A stretch of DNA of 64,000 nucleotides from positions 112,716,001-112,780,000 of the forward strand of contig OX597820.1 in assembly GCA_951406725.2 (NCBI GenBank), written 5' to 3'. The notes under the pieces are model-generated. The model searched no databases, was not told the DNA's origin, and was given only the letters and a program-made list of their open reading frames with translations. Position numbers and translations under genes: made by a program. How positions within the stretch are numbered: the stretch's first letter is position 1; every line of letters starts with the position of its first letter. The DNA comes from Octopus vulgaris (taxonomy: Eukaryota). Below are positions 13,126 through 28,022 of the stretch, piece after piece.

Positions 13126-14427
13126 ACAGCAACAGCTGCAGCAGCAATGTTAGATGTTGACATACGTTGGACACTTTAGCAGTATCTGATGGGTCCAAAG
13201 ACTGCATCATGCTCCATTGTCATTTTTGGTATTGGTTCCTAAGGGCAGATGCTCCTGATACCAACCATGCACTTTATATCATATACTCAGTGCTTTTTCA
13301 TTTCATCAGCACTAGTGAGGTAGCTTGCAAGACTACAAACCTTGAGAAGGGTGGCTTTATACCAGGAGATAAGGTATTCAGTATAGGGGGAAAGAGCCAC
13401 AACAGAACAGGTTTCCTGATGTAGAGGAGCTACGTGGCTACTCATATTTTAGAAAAGAGGGTGGGAGTGATTATGGTGGAACTGGAAAGAGATAGAAATA
13501 GAGATGATGAGGTGTGTAGCTGTATGTGTCCCCGACAAATTTTTAAATTTGTGTACTTCTGTAGAAAGAATCAATATACATGGAAATGTGTGTGTGTGTG
13601 TGTGTTTTCTATTTAAAAGTAGTTCCAGGGTTTTTCGCTGTAAGTTTTCAACTTTGCTAGAATTAATTTACACGAAATAATATGATACTTTAGATGACAA
13701 TGTATAGGAGTCTGATAGATGTTTGGTAACAGATGGCCAGAAAAATACTGTTTCCTGTGAGATAAGGTACCAACATTTCTGAGTATTTGCTTGCAATTTA
13801 GACCAATATATGGTTTTTCATTTAAGATTCTTCTCAATGACGATTCCTACAAAATTTAAATAATCAACATATACTGTACATTTCCCAGAATTCAATTCTG
13901 TAGCTAGAATTTGACAGTAACAGCTAAACATATTCTTTTCAGTCACCATCAAATTCAAGCTGAATTTGGAATTGTGTTTCTGATAAAAGAAAATGTTTCT
14001 GAGATGTTGATCAAAAGTTTATTTTTGCATTTACCAACTTATATAATTAAAAGCTCATTGCTTATACTCTTTTTATTTTGCTCTACTTGGGCTTGAAGAC
14101 ATAGCAGAGACAATGAATGAGTTATATGCAAATAAAATAACATCAGATGATTTTGAGGCTGTAGATATGTCATACATATAAATAATAGATTAAAAGGGAG
14201 ATGTCAGAGTGGAGCTTTGGGGAATACTCAGTAGAGAGAAGCAGATGAGTTGACAGTTTCCTGTTGTGTTCAACAAGTTGGTATTGCTTAGTAAGGTAAC
14301 TATGAAACATTTGGTGTATTTCATTTCTAATTCTATGATGTAATTTAGGGAGCTGTATTCTGGATTCCTGAATGTCAAAAGTCATTGAAAGTTCAAGAAT
14401 ATTCTAACTGGTATCTTTTCTTAAGAG

Positions 14428-14705
14428 TCATCATCATTTAACATCTGCTTTCCATGCTGGTACGGGTTAGACGGTTTGAGTGAGGACTGGTGAGCCAGAG
14501 GCTGCACCAGGCTCAATCTGATCTGACAAAGTTTCTACAGCTGGATGCCCTTCCTAATGCTAACCACTCCGAGAGTGTTGTGGATTGCTTTTTATGTGCC
14601 ACTGGCACAAGGGCCAGTCAGGTGGTTCTGTCAACGACCACGCTCAAAAGGTGTTTTTATATGCTACCTGCACGGAAGCCAGTCCAGCAGCACTGGCAAC
14701 GACCA
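14428..14705 (-). mobile_element. RTE-tailed non-autonomous SINE-like element
   Basis: On +: (CAT)n-TTTAACATCTGCTTTCCATGCTGG...CTGGATGCCCTTCCTAATGCTAACC, followed by internal ~60-bp repeats. Confidence 0.9.
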
Positions 14706-15763
14706 TGCATACATACATGCAGTAATATATTTATATATTTTTAATACGTACATTACATACATAATACATATAATATATGTATTAAATACATATAAACACT
14801 CACAATAAAAGCAGCCAATATGCAAGAAACATGCTTTAAATATTTTGGTTGGCTTGCACAAATGAGATTTCCTCTCATTGCCACAGGGCAATCTATACAC
14901 TCAGCAGATGGAATGGCTCTGGATTCTTCATTCAGGCATACTTTTGCAGTATTCTGTGCAGAGTTGGTGTTGAAATGATAATTATTCTTGAATGAAATCC
15001 TATTATCTAAAACTGTAATGTTGATGATGTATTTGTTGTGATGGAGACACAGGAATATGCAGATAGATAAAAATGAAGATTTTGAAAAATAATTCAGCAT
15101 GAAATTAACAATTGAAAATAATTCTGGTACAAATGCAGAGAACACACTCCATCACCGTTTTTAGGTGTAAATGTAGGAGGAAGGAACAACTCACTGAATA
15201 TACTGACACACACACACTTTAACAAATACTTATATACACTAGCACAGTTAGAGTGTATGCCACCCAGAGTGACCCTTCCATTTGCTGCCCCCAGACCCCA
15301 CAGAAACCACATATTGCCTGCAGCAGACCCAAAAGTACTGCCCCTTTAAAAGTGCCACCCAGTGTGGACTGCTGTACCCCCCCCCACAGCTATGCTACTA
15401 CCTGTATATATGAGGGTAGTCAGTATCCTCATAGATATAAAATTTGTGTGAGGTAGAAATCGTCAGTGAAGGAGATTTCAAATTTTTATCAAAGAAAGAG
15501 ACTTTAAAAATATGATGCAAAGAGCTAAACGACCATAAGTCAATAGTGAATACTTGAAAATAATAGACAACTAAGGTATAGAATACAAAATGGAATTAAC
15601 TCCCACAGATACAAAAGATGTAATAAACTACATATATTGCATGTATAATGCACATGAACCAAATGCATCCTAGTTATGAGAAAGCTGGATGGACCTGTGT
15701 TCTGATAAAACTGAACACAAGATTTATTAAACCACTACTAAGTATATATTATAATACATTATA

Positions 15764-16282
15764 ATCATCATCATCATCATCGTTTAACGTCCGCTTTCCA
15801 TGCTAGCATGGGTTGGACGATTTTGACTGAGGGCTGGCGAACCAGATGGCTGCACCAGGCTCCAATCTTGATCTGCCAGAATTTCTACAGATGGATGCCC
15901 TTCCTAATGCCAACCACTCCAAGAGTGTAGTGGGTGCTTTTTACGTGCCACTGGCATGGGGGTCAGTCAGGCGGTACTGGCAATGACCTTGCCCAATTCT
16001 TTTTACACGTGCCACCGGCACAGGTGCCAGTGAAGCGACGTTGGTAATGATCACGCTTGAATGGTGTCTTTTACATGCCACGGGTATGGAAGCCAGTTGG
16101 CTGCTCTGGAACGATCACGCTCAGATGGTGCTCTTGGCACCCTACTAACATAGGCACAAGTGCCAGTAAGGTGACGCTGGTAATGATCATGCTCGAATGA
16201 TGCCCTTTTATGTGCTACTGGCATGGAAGCCGGTTAGCCGATCTGTCAATGATCACACTCGTATGGTGCTCTTTGCACCCCG
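15764..16282 (-). mobile_element. RTE-tailed SINE-like element with internal ~60-bp tandem array
   Basis: Same tail as above followed by about six diverged units (TTTTACGTGCCAC...GCCAG...GATCACGCTC..ATGGTG). Confidence 0.9.
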
Positions 16283-17629
16283 CTATAATATAATATAATA
16301 TAATATAATATAATATAATAATTACTAGAACACCAGAATTAAGAACATCCTCATCGACATAAAACCACAAACTTGTAAACCACTGAACACACACTTAAGA
16401 CAACCAATGTAATACACAGATTTTAAATATAAATGTTAAAACTGTAAATTTGAAGACTTAAAACTTTACATCAGTCAACAACTAGCATAGAGCCAATGTA
16501 TTTTATACTGTAGCCTCACTCAGTTGAATGGGGTCTTAGTTTTGCAGATTGCATAGCAAACACTTGTACATTCAAGATAAACCTTGACACATCATCTCCA
16601 CTATTTTATCTCACTTTCCAACTCCACCACAACTACTCCCACCCTATTTTCTAAATTGTGTGTAGCCATAGAGCTCTTCTGCAGTAAGAAACCTGTTCTG
16701 TTCTATCCTCTCTTCTCACACTTTAACCCATCAATTTCTAGCATAAAAATGCCACTCTTAAGGCTCATAGTCTTGCGAGTTGCATATTAACCTTATAGGG
16801 TTGGTGTAATGAAAAGAGCACACTGCAAAGTTGTTGGCATTAAGAAAAACATCCAGGAATAGAAACCACACCTAAACAAATACTGGAGCATGATGTACTT
16901 CTTGTACCAATTGAATCCTGTCAAACCATCCAACTCAGGCCAGTTCCAAAGATGGAATTTAAATGAAGATGTTAATGAGGATGAGTTCCTTAATCATTAT
17001 ATGCAGCTGGTAATCATTTCATTGATTCCAAAAGGAAAGCAATGTAAAGTCAAACTTCTATGGCATGAGACTTATGAAAGATAAAGCAAAAACATTCTAT
17101 GAAGAATTTAGTCTTAACTCTCAACCATTTGTAGAGATTCCACTGACTTTATTGTTGCAAGTATTTTAATGTCATTGAATTGAATGGCCAAGGGGAAGCC
17201 ATGAAGATCTGTTGGTAATAATCACATCTTCTCTGAAAGCAGCAGAGCAAACAATCGTTCAATGATTGTGATGAGCCATGCAGAAATAAAGGACATTTAA
17301 TGATTGGCATAATTTTCGCTTGTATATAAAATGCTAGATATACCTATGTGTGTGTATATATGGTTATATATATACATATGTGTGTGTGTGTGTGCGTGTA
17401 TACACACACACACATCCAAACACACGCACACATGCACATACATGCATATATACACTTATACATACACAAATATAATACAAACATATACATATGCATACAT
17501 ATGTACATTCATATATGCAAAATGATATACACACACCTACATACACACACCTACACACACACACACGTATGCATACACACATATACACATGTTATGTTCA
17601 AAGTTGTACTAAGTGATGCGTATGTCAAG

Positions 17630-18710
17630 AAGGCAGAGAATACAGAGAGCTGTGATGCTGCAGTAGAGAAGACAACTGGGAGTTTCTCCGAGATAAGCTG
17701 CTGCAATCCACATCCAAATTTCTAGATGGAGCAAGATTCTAACTTGGTGGAAGGTGAAATTGTCATGGAATGGTAAGATAGAACCATAAAAGCTAAGAGA
17801 CAGGAGTGAACAGAGTTAAGGTAAAAGGAGAGCAAATGACAGCCCCAGGTAATAAAAAGAGAAGCTAAATTTTAGGTATATTTAGCAAAGAGGGAATGAG
17901 ATATGAAAAACTTTTTGAATGTTCTATGATGTAAAGATCAGAGGCCTGAGGTCATTATGAATCAGGATGACATTAGTGAAAAGTGTGTACAGAATAATAG
18001 TGGTACACTCAGCCTCATTGATGTCTACTGAGGAGAATGCATAGAAGAAAGAGAAACTACAAGAATTGGATTTGATGAAGGCAGTAACTATTGGAACTGG
18101 TTGTTATATGGTCAAATGAGCTACAAAGTTATAAAGGTAGGAAAAACAGCCTATCAAAGATAGTTGCTGACTTGTTGAGAGTAACCTAGCAAAGTAGGTC
18201 ATGTCATAGTCACTAGCATATTCAGTCAGGTAGTAGAAGATGGTGTTATCCCCAAATGACTGGCATATCTGATTCAAGGTCATAGATAAAGAAGATGCTT
18301 TAGAAAGAAATAACTACAAAGATATGAAATTGATGGACTGAGTTATGTAAGTTACAGAAATAATTACAACACAACTAATTAAAAAAATCAGCTTAAATGA
18401 GATGAAGTCTGGGTTCCTTTTAGAGAACTACAAAAGAAACTATCAACGAAGTGCAAACCGCAATTCCAGGAGGTTTTTGACTGAGTCCCACAATCATTCA
18501 AAATTGCTGGTTGTTAACACAACTAAGAGTACCTACAAGTAGTATGGCTATTTACAAGAAAGCTGACAGCAAATGAGAGCAACAAATGCGACCAGTAATT
18601 TAACATTAGAACTAGATGTTTATCTGGTTTCAGTTCTCAGCCCCTACTCTTATAGTCCTCTAAGATATACCAGAGATATTCAAGACTGGTTGTCATTAGG
18701 AACTATTAAA
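17630..18710 (+). mobile_element. Decayed RTE-clade LINE ORF (RT N-terminal half)
   Basis: Reads NWEFLRDKLL, TWWK, ISEKCVQNNSG, VVEDGVIP, DALERNNYKDMKLMD (cf. GDALERGNYRGIKLL), LNEMKSGF (cf. DEMQFGF), SVLSP and FKTGCH*EL (cf. TGCPWELLYADD). Many stops and frameshifts. Confidence 0.8.
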
Positions 18711-19229
18711 TTCTTATGAGTGAGTTCTCAGTGTTAAAGGATTAGAGTAAAAGTTCCAGACAAAGAAACAGAGCTGAAGATTTAAGAAATTTAAAGGAAA
18801 ATTTACCAACAAAGAAAAAAGTTTTAGCAGGAAAGAATAGAAACTTCTGCTAAGAAATGGCAATGCACAGTCACCAGAAAACATGTAGGTCAGAATTCCA
18901 TATGCTGTACTTAATGTAAACTGAATGAACACACATGAATAGAAGTATATGAATATGTTTATGTATACATATGTCATACACTATGCACTGCTCAAATCTC
19001 ATATCCTTTTACAAGAACACTAACATAATCACACACTTCTCAAAGGTAATTATTTTCAATCTATCAAAACCTATGTTCATTTCCAAATATTTTTTGAATA
19101 TTCACTGACTCTTCTAAAATGCAAGTAATTATGTAGTTCCTCAACAGTAAAAAATATTTTTGCTCTGACTCCCTTCTCTCATTTCCTAAAAAAACCCATC
19201 TCTCTCAGGGTTTGTAGTCTTTCAAACTG

Positions 19230-19455
19230 CAAGGCACCCTTTGGTGACACTAGTGCTTGTGCCACTAAAAGAAAAAAAAAATCTCCAGTTCATGCTGTAA
19301 AATGATTGGTGTTAGGAAAGGCCTCTAGCTGAGGAAACCATACCAAAGCAGACAATGGAGCACTATGAAGTCCTTGGATCCATTGGATTCTGTCAAACTA
19401 ACCTATGTCAGCATGAAACATAGATATTCAATGATGGTGATGCCAATGATGATGA
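19230..19455 (+). mobile_element. RTE-tailed SINE-like element (degenerate)
   Basis: TTGGTGTTAGGAAAGGCCTCTAGCTG domain and (TGA)n tail. A similar copy lies at about 16770-16985. Confidence 0.75.
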
Positions 19456-19735
19456 TCACCAAGTTCTACATGTATTCACTACAGTATGATGTGCCAAACT
19501 TGAAAAACAATAAGTTGTGCTTAGAAAAACCAAGTTACAATTATATTTATACCAGACTATCCCTCACATTCAAGTCATTTTTCACAAACATTTCCTCACT
19601 CTTCATAATGTATGTATGTATGGATGTATGTATGTATGTATGTATGTATGTATGTATGTATGTGCATGCATGCATGCATGTGCATGCATGCATGTATGTA
19701 TGTATGTATGTATGTATGTATGTATGTATGTCTAT

Positions 19736-19792
<57 letters not shown>

Positions 19793-19805
19793 CATATATA
19801 TACAC

Positions 19806-19838
<33 letters not shown>

Positions 19839-20697
19839 GAGAGAGATATATAGGTAGAAATACATATATATATATGTATATGCATGTATATGAATATGTT
19901 TATACCTTATCACAACTGCCCAATGAAGGGGAACATGAAACTCTGAGTAGTAGTTTTTTGTAATATTTTTGTGATGTTTTTGCATCTTTAATAATAAAGC
20001 ATATTACTCTACCTCCGGTATTCAAGTACTATTTTTACCACCTTGTTTCACATTTATGTGCTTACTCAGGTATGTATGTATATATGTATATGAACGTGTA
20101 TATATATGTATGTAAATATGATCTGGGGACCCAAGTGTAGGAGGTTTGTAAGCTTCAAGCAACAAGTAGCTAGTACAAAGAACAAAATGTGGACAGTTTG
20201 TGATAAGATAAAATAACACTTTACTAGTATCATAAGTTACACAATTTTTTCCATATTGAAGTTACAAAGGATTTCAATCAGCTGCAAGTTTCTATACAGC
20301 TCACTTTTAGCAACTAATGATGCGAAAAATGTGAATAAAATCCAAAATTTAAAGGAGTGAAACAGGTAAAATGTAAGCTACATATGTTTTGTAACTAGCT
20401 AAAGTTTGATGATGGCTTAGCAGGTTGAAACTTCAAAGTCACTATCAACAACATTCTTGTATAAGAATGATAAATTTGTACTCTAGAAAAGTGTAGAGTA
20501 AGCCATCAGATTAATGTAAAATTGTTTTCATTATAACTGAACATGAAATATTAATAATATTAACATTAATAATAATTAATATATATTCTGTAAATAGCAA
20601 TAATTATAAACTTTAAGCTTATAAGCATTCACTGTGTATTGGCTAAAGAAATACACACACACACAGACACACAGACACAAACACATGTATGTATATT

Positions 20698-20911
20698 CTT
20701 TTCTCCTCTAGGCACAAGGCCTGAAATTTTTGGCGGAGGGGGCCAGTCGATTACATCAACCCCAGTATGCAACTGGTACTTAATTTATCGATCCTGAAAG
20801 ATGAAAGGCAAAGTCGACCTCAGTGGAATTTGAACTCAGAACATGATGACAGACAAAATACTGCTAAGAATTTCGCACTGTGTGCTAATGTTTCTGCCAG
20901 CTCACCACCTT
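20698..20911 (-). mobile_element. Meta-type tRNA-derived SINE with 16-bp target-site duplication
   Basis: CACATGTATGTATATT occurs at 20682-20697 and 20912-20927, flanking the element. Confidence 0.92.
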
Positions 20912-21734
20912 CACATGTATGTATATTGGAGTGAAGCAGGCATCATCCTAGTAGGTGCTGCACAATAATGTCAGATGCATTTCTTCTTTGGCCTTGTCAA
21001 TAACATATACCTGGTTGTCACGTGCCTAGATACAAAGTTTGTCCCCTCAGTTTTACGGAGAACAGTGAATAATACATTCGATGATATTGCGGAAAGCTTG
21101 CCAAGTTCAAGACAGCTCAGTATACACAATTGTAACATTAATTAAAATAACCATTTGTGTATGATACTTAAGGTATATGTGTGTGTGTACATTATACATA
21201 TATCTGACTGTCTGTCTAATGTGCAGTATATATGTGTGTGTGTGCATGTGTGTGAATGAGTGTGCATTATTCATATACACATAAAAGCTGTCATCATCAT
21301 TATCATAGCTTTTGTTTTCCTTTTTAACACCTAGTGTTTTCCCTGATAGCACAGGAGAGATCAGTTTACAATGCACACATACACACATAAACGCGGATGT
21401 GCACACAGAGTTTGTAGGAGTTTTATCAATATAATTAACAGGATCTCATTAACCAATATCATTGTATTTTCCTCAGTACAAAGTCCTAAGTTTCTGGCTC
21501 CATAAGCAGTGGTAGGTTGAATTTTTTCTCTCTACGTAATTATTGACTCTACGTATGTAAACAAGTGAACATATGTGTGAATGTCTGTGTGTGTGCATGC
21601 ATGGAAGTATACGTTTGTAATCTGTATTTGTGTATGCCAGTGTGTGTGTGTGTGTGTGTGTGTGTAGGCAATGCAGCTGTGTGTGTGTGCAATGGAGATG
21701 ACTATTGCAAAGTTGGTAAGCAGAAAGTAGTGCA

Positions 21735-21748
21735 GTTACCACGGTAAC
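21735..21748. promoter_or_regulatory. Palindromic X-box (RFX-type site)
   Basis: GTTACC-AC-GGTAAC is a perfect inverted repeat matching the RFX consensus, and it lies in unique, non-repeat sequence. Confidence 0.45.
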
Positions 21749-22117
21749 TTGATGCACAACAAATGTTGTTAATTACACCCATTATCCAAGGCAGCTTAAA
21801 TTTAACCTTAATGTAATTCCAAATAGTGCTGCAGACACCCCATTCTACAAACTGTTACTAATGCTGCACCAGTCAACTAGTACTGCAGTGAAAGTAGACT
21901 GCGATTAACAGCATGGCTGCTGGTGTTTGTACCAACACAGATCTTATCAAAATGTAAGAGGGTAAAGAAGCAAATCTGATTTAAAACAAACAAAAATAGG
22001 TTTTACTAACAATACACAAACTACATGTATTTAGTTACTAAAGGCTATAACTGAATTGGTACTAGTTCTGCCACTATAGTGTGTGTGTATATATATATAT
22101 ACATGCACACATATATA

Positions 22118-22272
22118 GGTACAGGCATAACTGTGTGGTTAAGAAGTTCGCTATTAGCCACATGGTTTCAGGTTCAATCACACTGTGTGGCACCTAGAGC
22201 AAGTGTTTCTTTTTAGTATAGTCTTTGACCAAATTCTTGTAAGTTTGGCAAATGGAAACTAAAGAGTTCCTG
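22118..22272 (+). mobile_element. tRNA-derived SINE head
   Basis: GGTACAGGCATAACTGTGTGGTTAAG...GGTTCAATC...GGCACCTAGAGCAAGTG. Confidence 0.8.
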
Positions 22273-22309
<37 letters not shown>

Positions 22310-22313
<4 letters not shown>

Positions 22314-22485
22314 ATCCAAACATGAAAACACAAAGAGAAAACACAACAATGCGAGGATGTGGAACAAGAAAGGAAAGAAAGGAGATTTCAACATTTTGAG
22401 TGGAGCACTTCGTCAGAAACATAGGAAAAGGAAAGATCCAAGGAAGGGAAGATGGAGGAAAAAAAATCGCCAACGATACACACAC

Positions 22486-22491
<6 letters not shown>
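22310..22491 (-). mobile_element. (TA)n-embedded Penelope-like remnant, paralogue of 46909-47045
   Basis: Same start (GTTAATCCAAACATGAAAACACAAAGAGAAAACACAAC) as the 46909 copy. The minus strand carries GTTT-CTGACGA-A-GTGCTCCACTC-AAAA-TG-TT. Confidence 0.65.
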
Positions 22492-23715
<1,224 letters not shown>

Positions 23716-24124
23716 ATCTACAACCAAAAGAGTTACTAATAATTTCATGCTTTTATGATACTTTAACTAGGCATGTTTATAAACTCTGCCATATATCTCT
23801 ATGCAATCTTTCAGGCTCTTTTTATGGATGGAGTACATTTTTTTATTCTATTCATACTGGATCTATAAACTCTGTGTGAGTGTGTGTCCTTCTCTTGACA
23901 TCACAATGGCGTAAATATGTATCATTGTTACACAATTGGTGTCACTCATTTTTAATAAGCCATAAAACATGTCTGGCTATGGGGAAGCAGTTGAGAGTTG
24001 GTGACAGGACTGGTATCTGGCAATAAAAAAAGTCTACCTCAACAAATTCTGCCCAACCCATGCAAACATAGAAAAACAAACACTAAAAACAGATTGTGAT
24101 GATGATGTATTTATAATGTGTGTG

Positions 24125-24161
<37 letters not shown>

Positions 24162-24187
24162 CTGTGTGTGTGTGTGTGTGTGTGTTT

Positions 24188-24550
24188 ATGCTTTACTAGT
24201 TTTAGTCATTGGACAACAGCCATATTAGGGTTGTAGTTGAACAAATTAACCCCAGTGCTTATTTTTTAAATCTGGCATTTCAGTCTCTATTGCCAAACTG
24301 CTAAGTTACAGAGACAGTTGTCAAGTGGGTGTGGGGGTGAAGGGGGTACAAACATTGAACACAAAGACACACGTACACACATGCATATACGATGGGCTTC
24401 CACACAGTTTTCATGTTTACCAAAGTCACTCACAAGGCATTGGGCACTCTGGTTTATATCCGAAGACACTTACCCAAAGTGCTTCACAGTAGGCACTGAA
24501 CCTGAAACCATGTGATCTCAATGTGAGCTTCTTAACTACATAGCCATATC
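24188..24550 (-). mobile_element. tRNA-derived SINE (family of 32500-32865), degenerate
   Basis: On +: TTTACTAGTTTTAGTCATT tail and GAAGACACTTACCCAAAGTG...CTGAACCTGAAACCATGTG head. Confidence 0.8.
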
Positions 24551-24569
24551 TGCACACACACACACACAT

Positions 24570-24602
<33 letters not shown>

Positions 24603-24870
24603 GTCATCATAATCATCATCATCAACATTTAACATCTGCTTTCCGTGCTAGCATGGGTTGGACAGCTTGACAGGAACTGGCAAGGCCAGGTGCCATATCA
24701 GGTGCCATAGTCTGTTTTGGCTTGGTTTCTATGGCCAAATGCTCTTCCTGACACCAATCACTCCACAGAGTGTACTGGATGCTTTTTATGTGGCCCCAGC
24801 ACCAGAGTTGTTTTTTTTTACGTAGCACCAGAACCCACACCAATGCTTTTTATGTTGCACAAAAGAGGAG
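24570..24870 (-). mobile_element. RTE-tailed SINE-like element with long (CAT)n tail
   Basis: (CAT)n-TTTAACATCTGCTTTCCGTGCTAGCATGGGTTGGAC. Confidence 0.85.
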
Positions 24871-25416
24871 AATTCAAATCATGTAAAGAATGTGGTCTTG
24901 ACTCAAGTTTTGCACTAAATTGATTTTCAAGTGAGACATATTGAACCAGCAGGGGATTCGAACACAAAACCAAGAAATTACCAAACCAGTCACAGTGACA
25001 TCTGCATTGTTTTACTGCATCAACTACCTTCAGGTGTCTAAATATTGCCAGTATATTGAGTGTATCATTTACTAGGCTGTGCTAAAACACATCATTAATA
25101 GTAACCCAATACACTTGGTCTGTTCAGTGACAAATAAGAGATTTAAGCAGAGCTTCTATTTGTACAAGAATATATTATTACTGTGATTGACAATTAATGG
25201 GGATTACTTTCAGGAAATAGAGTTTGGCAGTAAAACAGTGGCATAGAATCAAATGCCTTTGTTTTGGTTGATAACAGAGGAGTGGGAGTGAACAGCTCCA
25301 CCTCCTCCTCCCCACAAACTCTCTCTCTCTCTTTGCATACACACATCTTTACATCAGCATTGAAGCAGGTATCTAGCATGCATACAAAAGTAAAAAACAG
25401 TTTGGCAGAGAGAGAT

Positions 25417-25462
<46 letters not shown>

Positions 25463-25596
25463 CACACACACACATAGTGGTGATGAACAACTAATCTGGA
25501 ACTGTAGTGATTCTCAAGAAAGAATGAACACACACATGCACACATATGTATATATATATATTAATGATTTAGATGTATTTCTCCATTTTCTGATTT

Positions 25597-25656
<60 letters not shown>

Positions 25657-26134
25657 TATACATATATATGCACACATACATAGACATACAAACATACATA
25701 CACACAAACATGTATACATACATATATCTACACAGAGGCAAATATCCATGCTGAAATATACATTTAGAGACATCCACATGCATATTCTTAAACACACACA
25801 CACACACACATACATATAAACATGCACACACATATACATAAACACACACACACACACACACAGAGCCAAGATGATCAACAGCTAAATATATTCAGACTCA
25901 TGCAGAGATCACAGCAGATGAGCTTTCAAGTTGAGTTAGACAGCAATTGCTGTCACTAATAACTACAGCACAAATGATACCACACACTGTTTCTTTTTAG
26001 CCTTTAGCACACAGGAGTCCTTCACATGGAAACCCAGGCACCTCACATCAGACATGGATCTGAACTGCTTCCATGAACAGAGACCACAAAAAAAAAATCT
26101 CTCTATGGAAACATGGCATTTTTGTTTCCTTTCA

Positions 26135-26500
26135 CAGCCATCGAAATCGATCAAAAATCAATGGAAATTGTAGTTGTGATACCAGTGGTGGTGGCACGTA
26201 AAAAGAACCATCCAAACGTGGCCGTTGCCAGCGCCAGCTCAACTGGCCTCCATGTCAGTGGCACATAAAAAGCATCAACTGATTGTGGCCATTGCCAGCC
26301 TCGCCTGGAACCTGTGCTGGTGGCACGTAAAAGGCACCCACTACACCCACGGAGTGGTTGGCGTTAGGAAGGGCATCCAGCTGTAGAAACACTGCCAGAT
26401 CAGACCGGGCCTGGTGCAGCCTCCTGGCTTCCCAGACCCCAGTCGAACCGTCCAACCCATGCTAGCATGGAAAGCAGACGTTAAACGATGATGATGATGA
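26135..26500 (+). mobile_element. RTE-tailed SINE-like element (well conserved)
   Basis: Internal GTGGCACGTAAAA repeats, GGTTGGCGTTAGGAAGGGCATCCAGCTGTAGAAAC, and tail CCATGCTAGCATGGAAAGCAGACGTTAAACGATGATGATGA. Confidence 0.92.
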
Positions 26501-27318
26501 ACACAGTTACTGTGAATGCCAGAAACCCACAGTGTCAGGTAATTTCTTATGTCAATGTCACATACATAACAGCCTGAAGACTGAGTACAAGAAAATACTT
26601 CAGCTCTGATCAGTTACTGATCCTCTGTAAACTTAAATGTAATCCACACTGGTGTGTACCATTGTATATGTGGAATGGCACTGCTACTACTACTACACTC
26701 TTGAATAACTTAGACCAAAGCCATTGGATTATGTTCCCTCGAACAACAAGCTGCATACTGCCTCCATTTAAGTCCATTTCATGTACACGTCTCTCCTCCT
26801 CTCTCGTCATCAAAGCAGTTGCAACAGGATGGTGGGAATCCTTATTATCATCATCATTGTCAGTACTGACCAGTAGATGTTTATATATCTTTCAAGGATT
26901 ACAGGAACAGAACTATTTCTTTGGTTAACTCTTTTGTCACGATATTTCTATTGAAATACATTCCATTTTTTACAACTAATTTAAAAAATATAGACATATT
27001 TAGTAACATAACTATCACCTAGTGCAAGGCATTGAGCTGGAACAATAGCTAGGGCATCAGAAAAAATTGCTTTACAGTGTTGGTTCTGGCTTATGCTCTG
27101 AGTATACCACGAAGGTCACTTTTGCTTTTTATCCCCCCAGTACTGATAAAAATAAAATATTAGTCAAATGAATTGACTCCAATACTTATTCTATTTTTTT
27201 TTAAAGCTTGGTACTTAATTTTTTCAGTCTCTTTTGCCAAATTACTAAGTTACAGGGATGTAAACACCAGCACCACTTGTCAAGTGGTGGTAGAGGACAA
27301 ACATGGACACAAAGAATC

Positions 27319-27349
<31 letters not shown>

Positions 27350-27359
27350 TGTGTGCATG

Positions 27360-27402
<43 letters not shown>

Positions 27403-27403
<1 letters not shown>

Positions 27404-27712
27404 ACATGATCATGTGACCAACCAGGCTATCAGATGTTGCTACACATCACTGGTCACAATACGCTTCGCATTGTTTTAGCCTTCAAATAACGCCACCTCG
27501 CTGGCTAAGTGAGCAGGCCAACAGAAGAAAGAGTGAGAGAAAGTTGTGGCGAAAGAGTACAGCAGGGATCGCCACCACCCCCTGCCAGATCCTCATGGAG
27601 CTTTAGGTGTTTTTTCCTCAATAAACACTCATAACACCCAGTCTGGGAATCGAAACTGTGATCCTACGACCGCAAGTCCGCTGCCCTAACCACTGGGCTA
27701 TTTTGCCTCCAC
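27403..27712 (-). mobile_element. tRNA-Arg-related cephalopod SINE (OR-type)
   Basis: Same head and central domain as 12747 and 50384, with a different tail ending GGTCACATGATCATGTGA. Confidence 0.9.
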
Positions 27713-27782
27713 ATATATATAAATCAGTAAATAGTGGGGTTGTGTTGACCGCACATGAAGAAATGATAGGAGAGGAAAAATT

Positions 27783-28022
27783 CATCAAAGATATGGTACT
27801 GTGATGGGTACCAAAGCTGCACCAGTCCTTGCAAACCTCATAAAAGGTTTATTTGAACTATCACTATATGAGATATCATGCCAGAAATTTGGACACCTTT
27901 TCCACAGCTACTTAATGGAAAACTGGAAAAGATACTTAGATGATTGTTTCATCATATAGAAAGAATCTTATGAAAAGCTTCTGGAATTCAAAACCACACT
28001 GAACAACTTACATCCCAACAAT
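27783..28022 (+). mobile_element. Penelope-like element reverse transcriptase fragment
   Basis: Reads HQRYGTVMGTKAAPVLANLIKGLFE...ENWKRYLDDCFII*...LNNLHPN, matching PLE RT motifs (QxxGTAMGxxxAPxxANL; WxRYxDD; LNxxHPxI). One stop (W>*). Not in the ORF track. Confidence 0.88.

Noticed and set aside
15938-16282. CRISPR-like repeat array
   Set aside because: The units are contiguous diverged repeats without unique spacers, in a eukaryotic SINE, with no cas genes.
26610-26890. Minus-strand open frame (..DNDDDNKDSHHPVATALMTREEERRVHEMDLNGG..) in unique sequence
   Set aside because: No recognisable homology and only a weak acceptor. It cannot be supported without transcript data.
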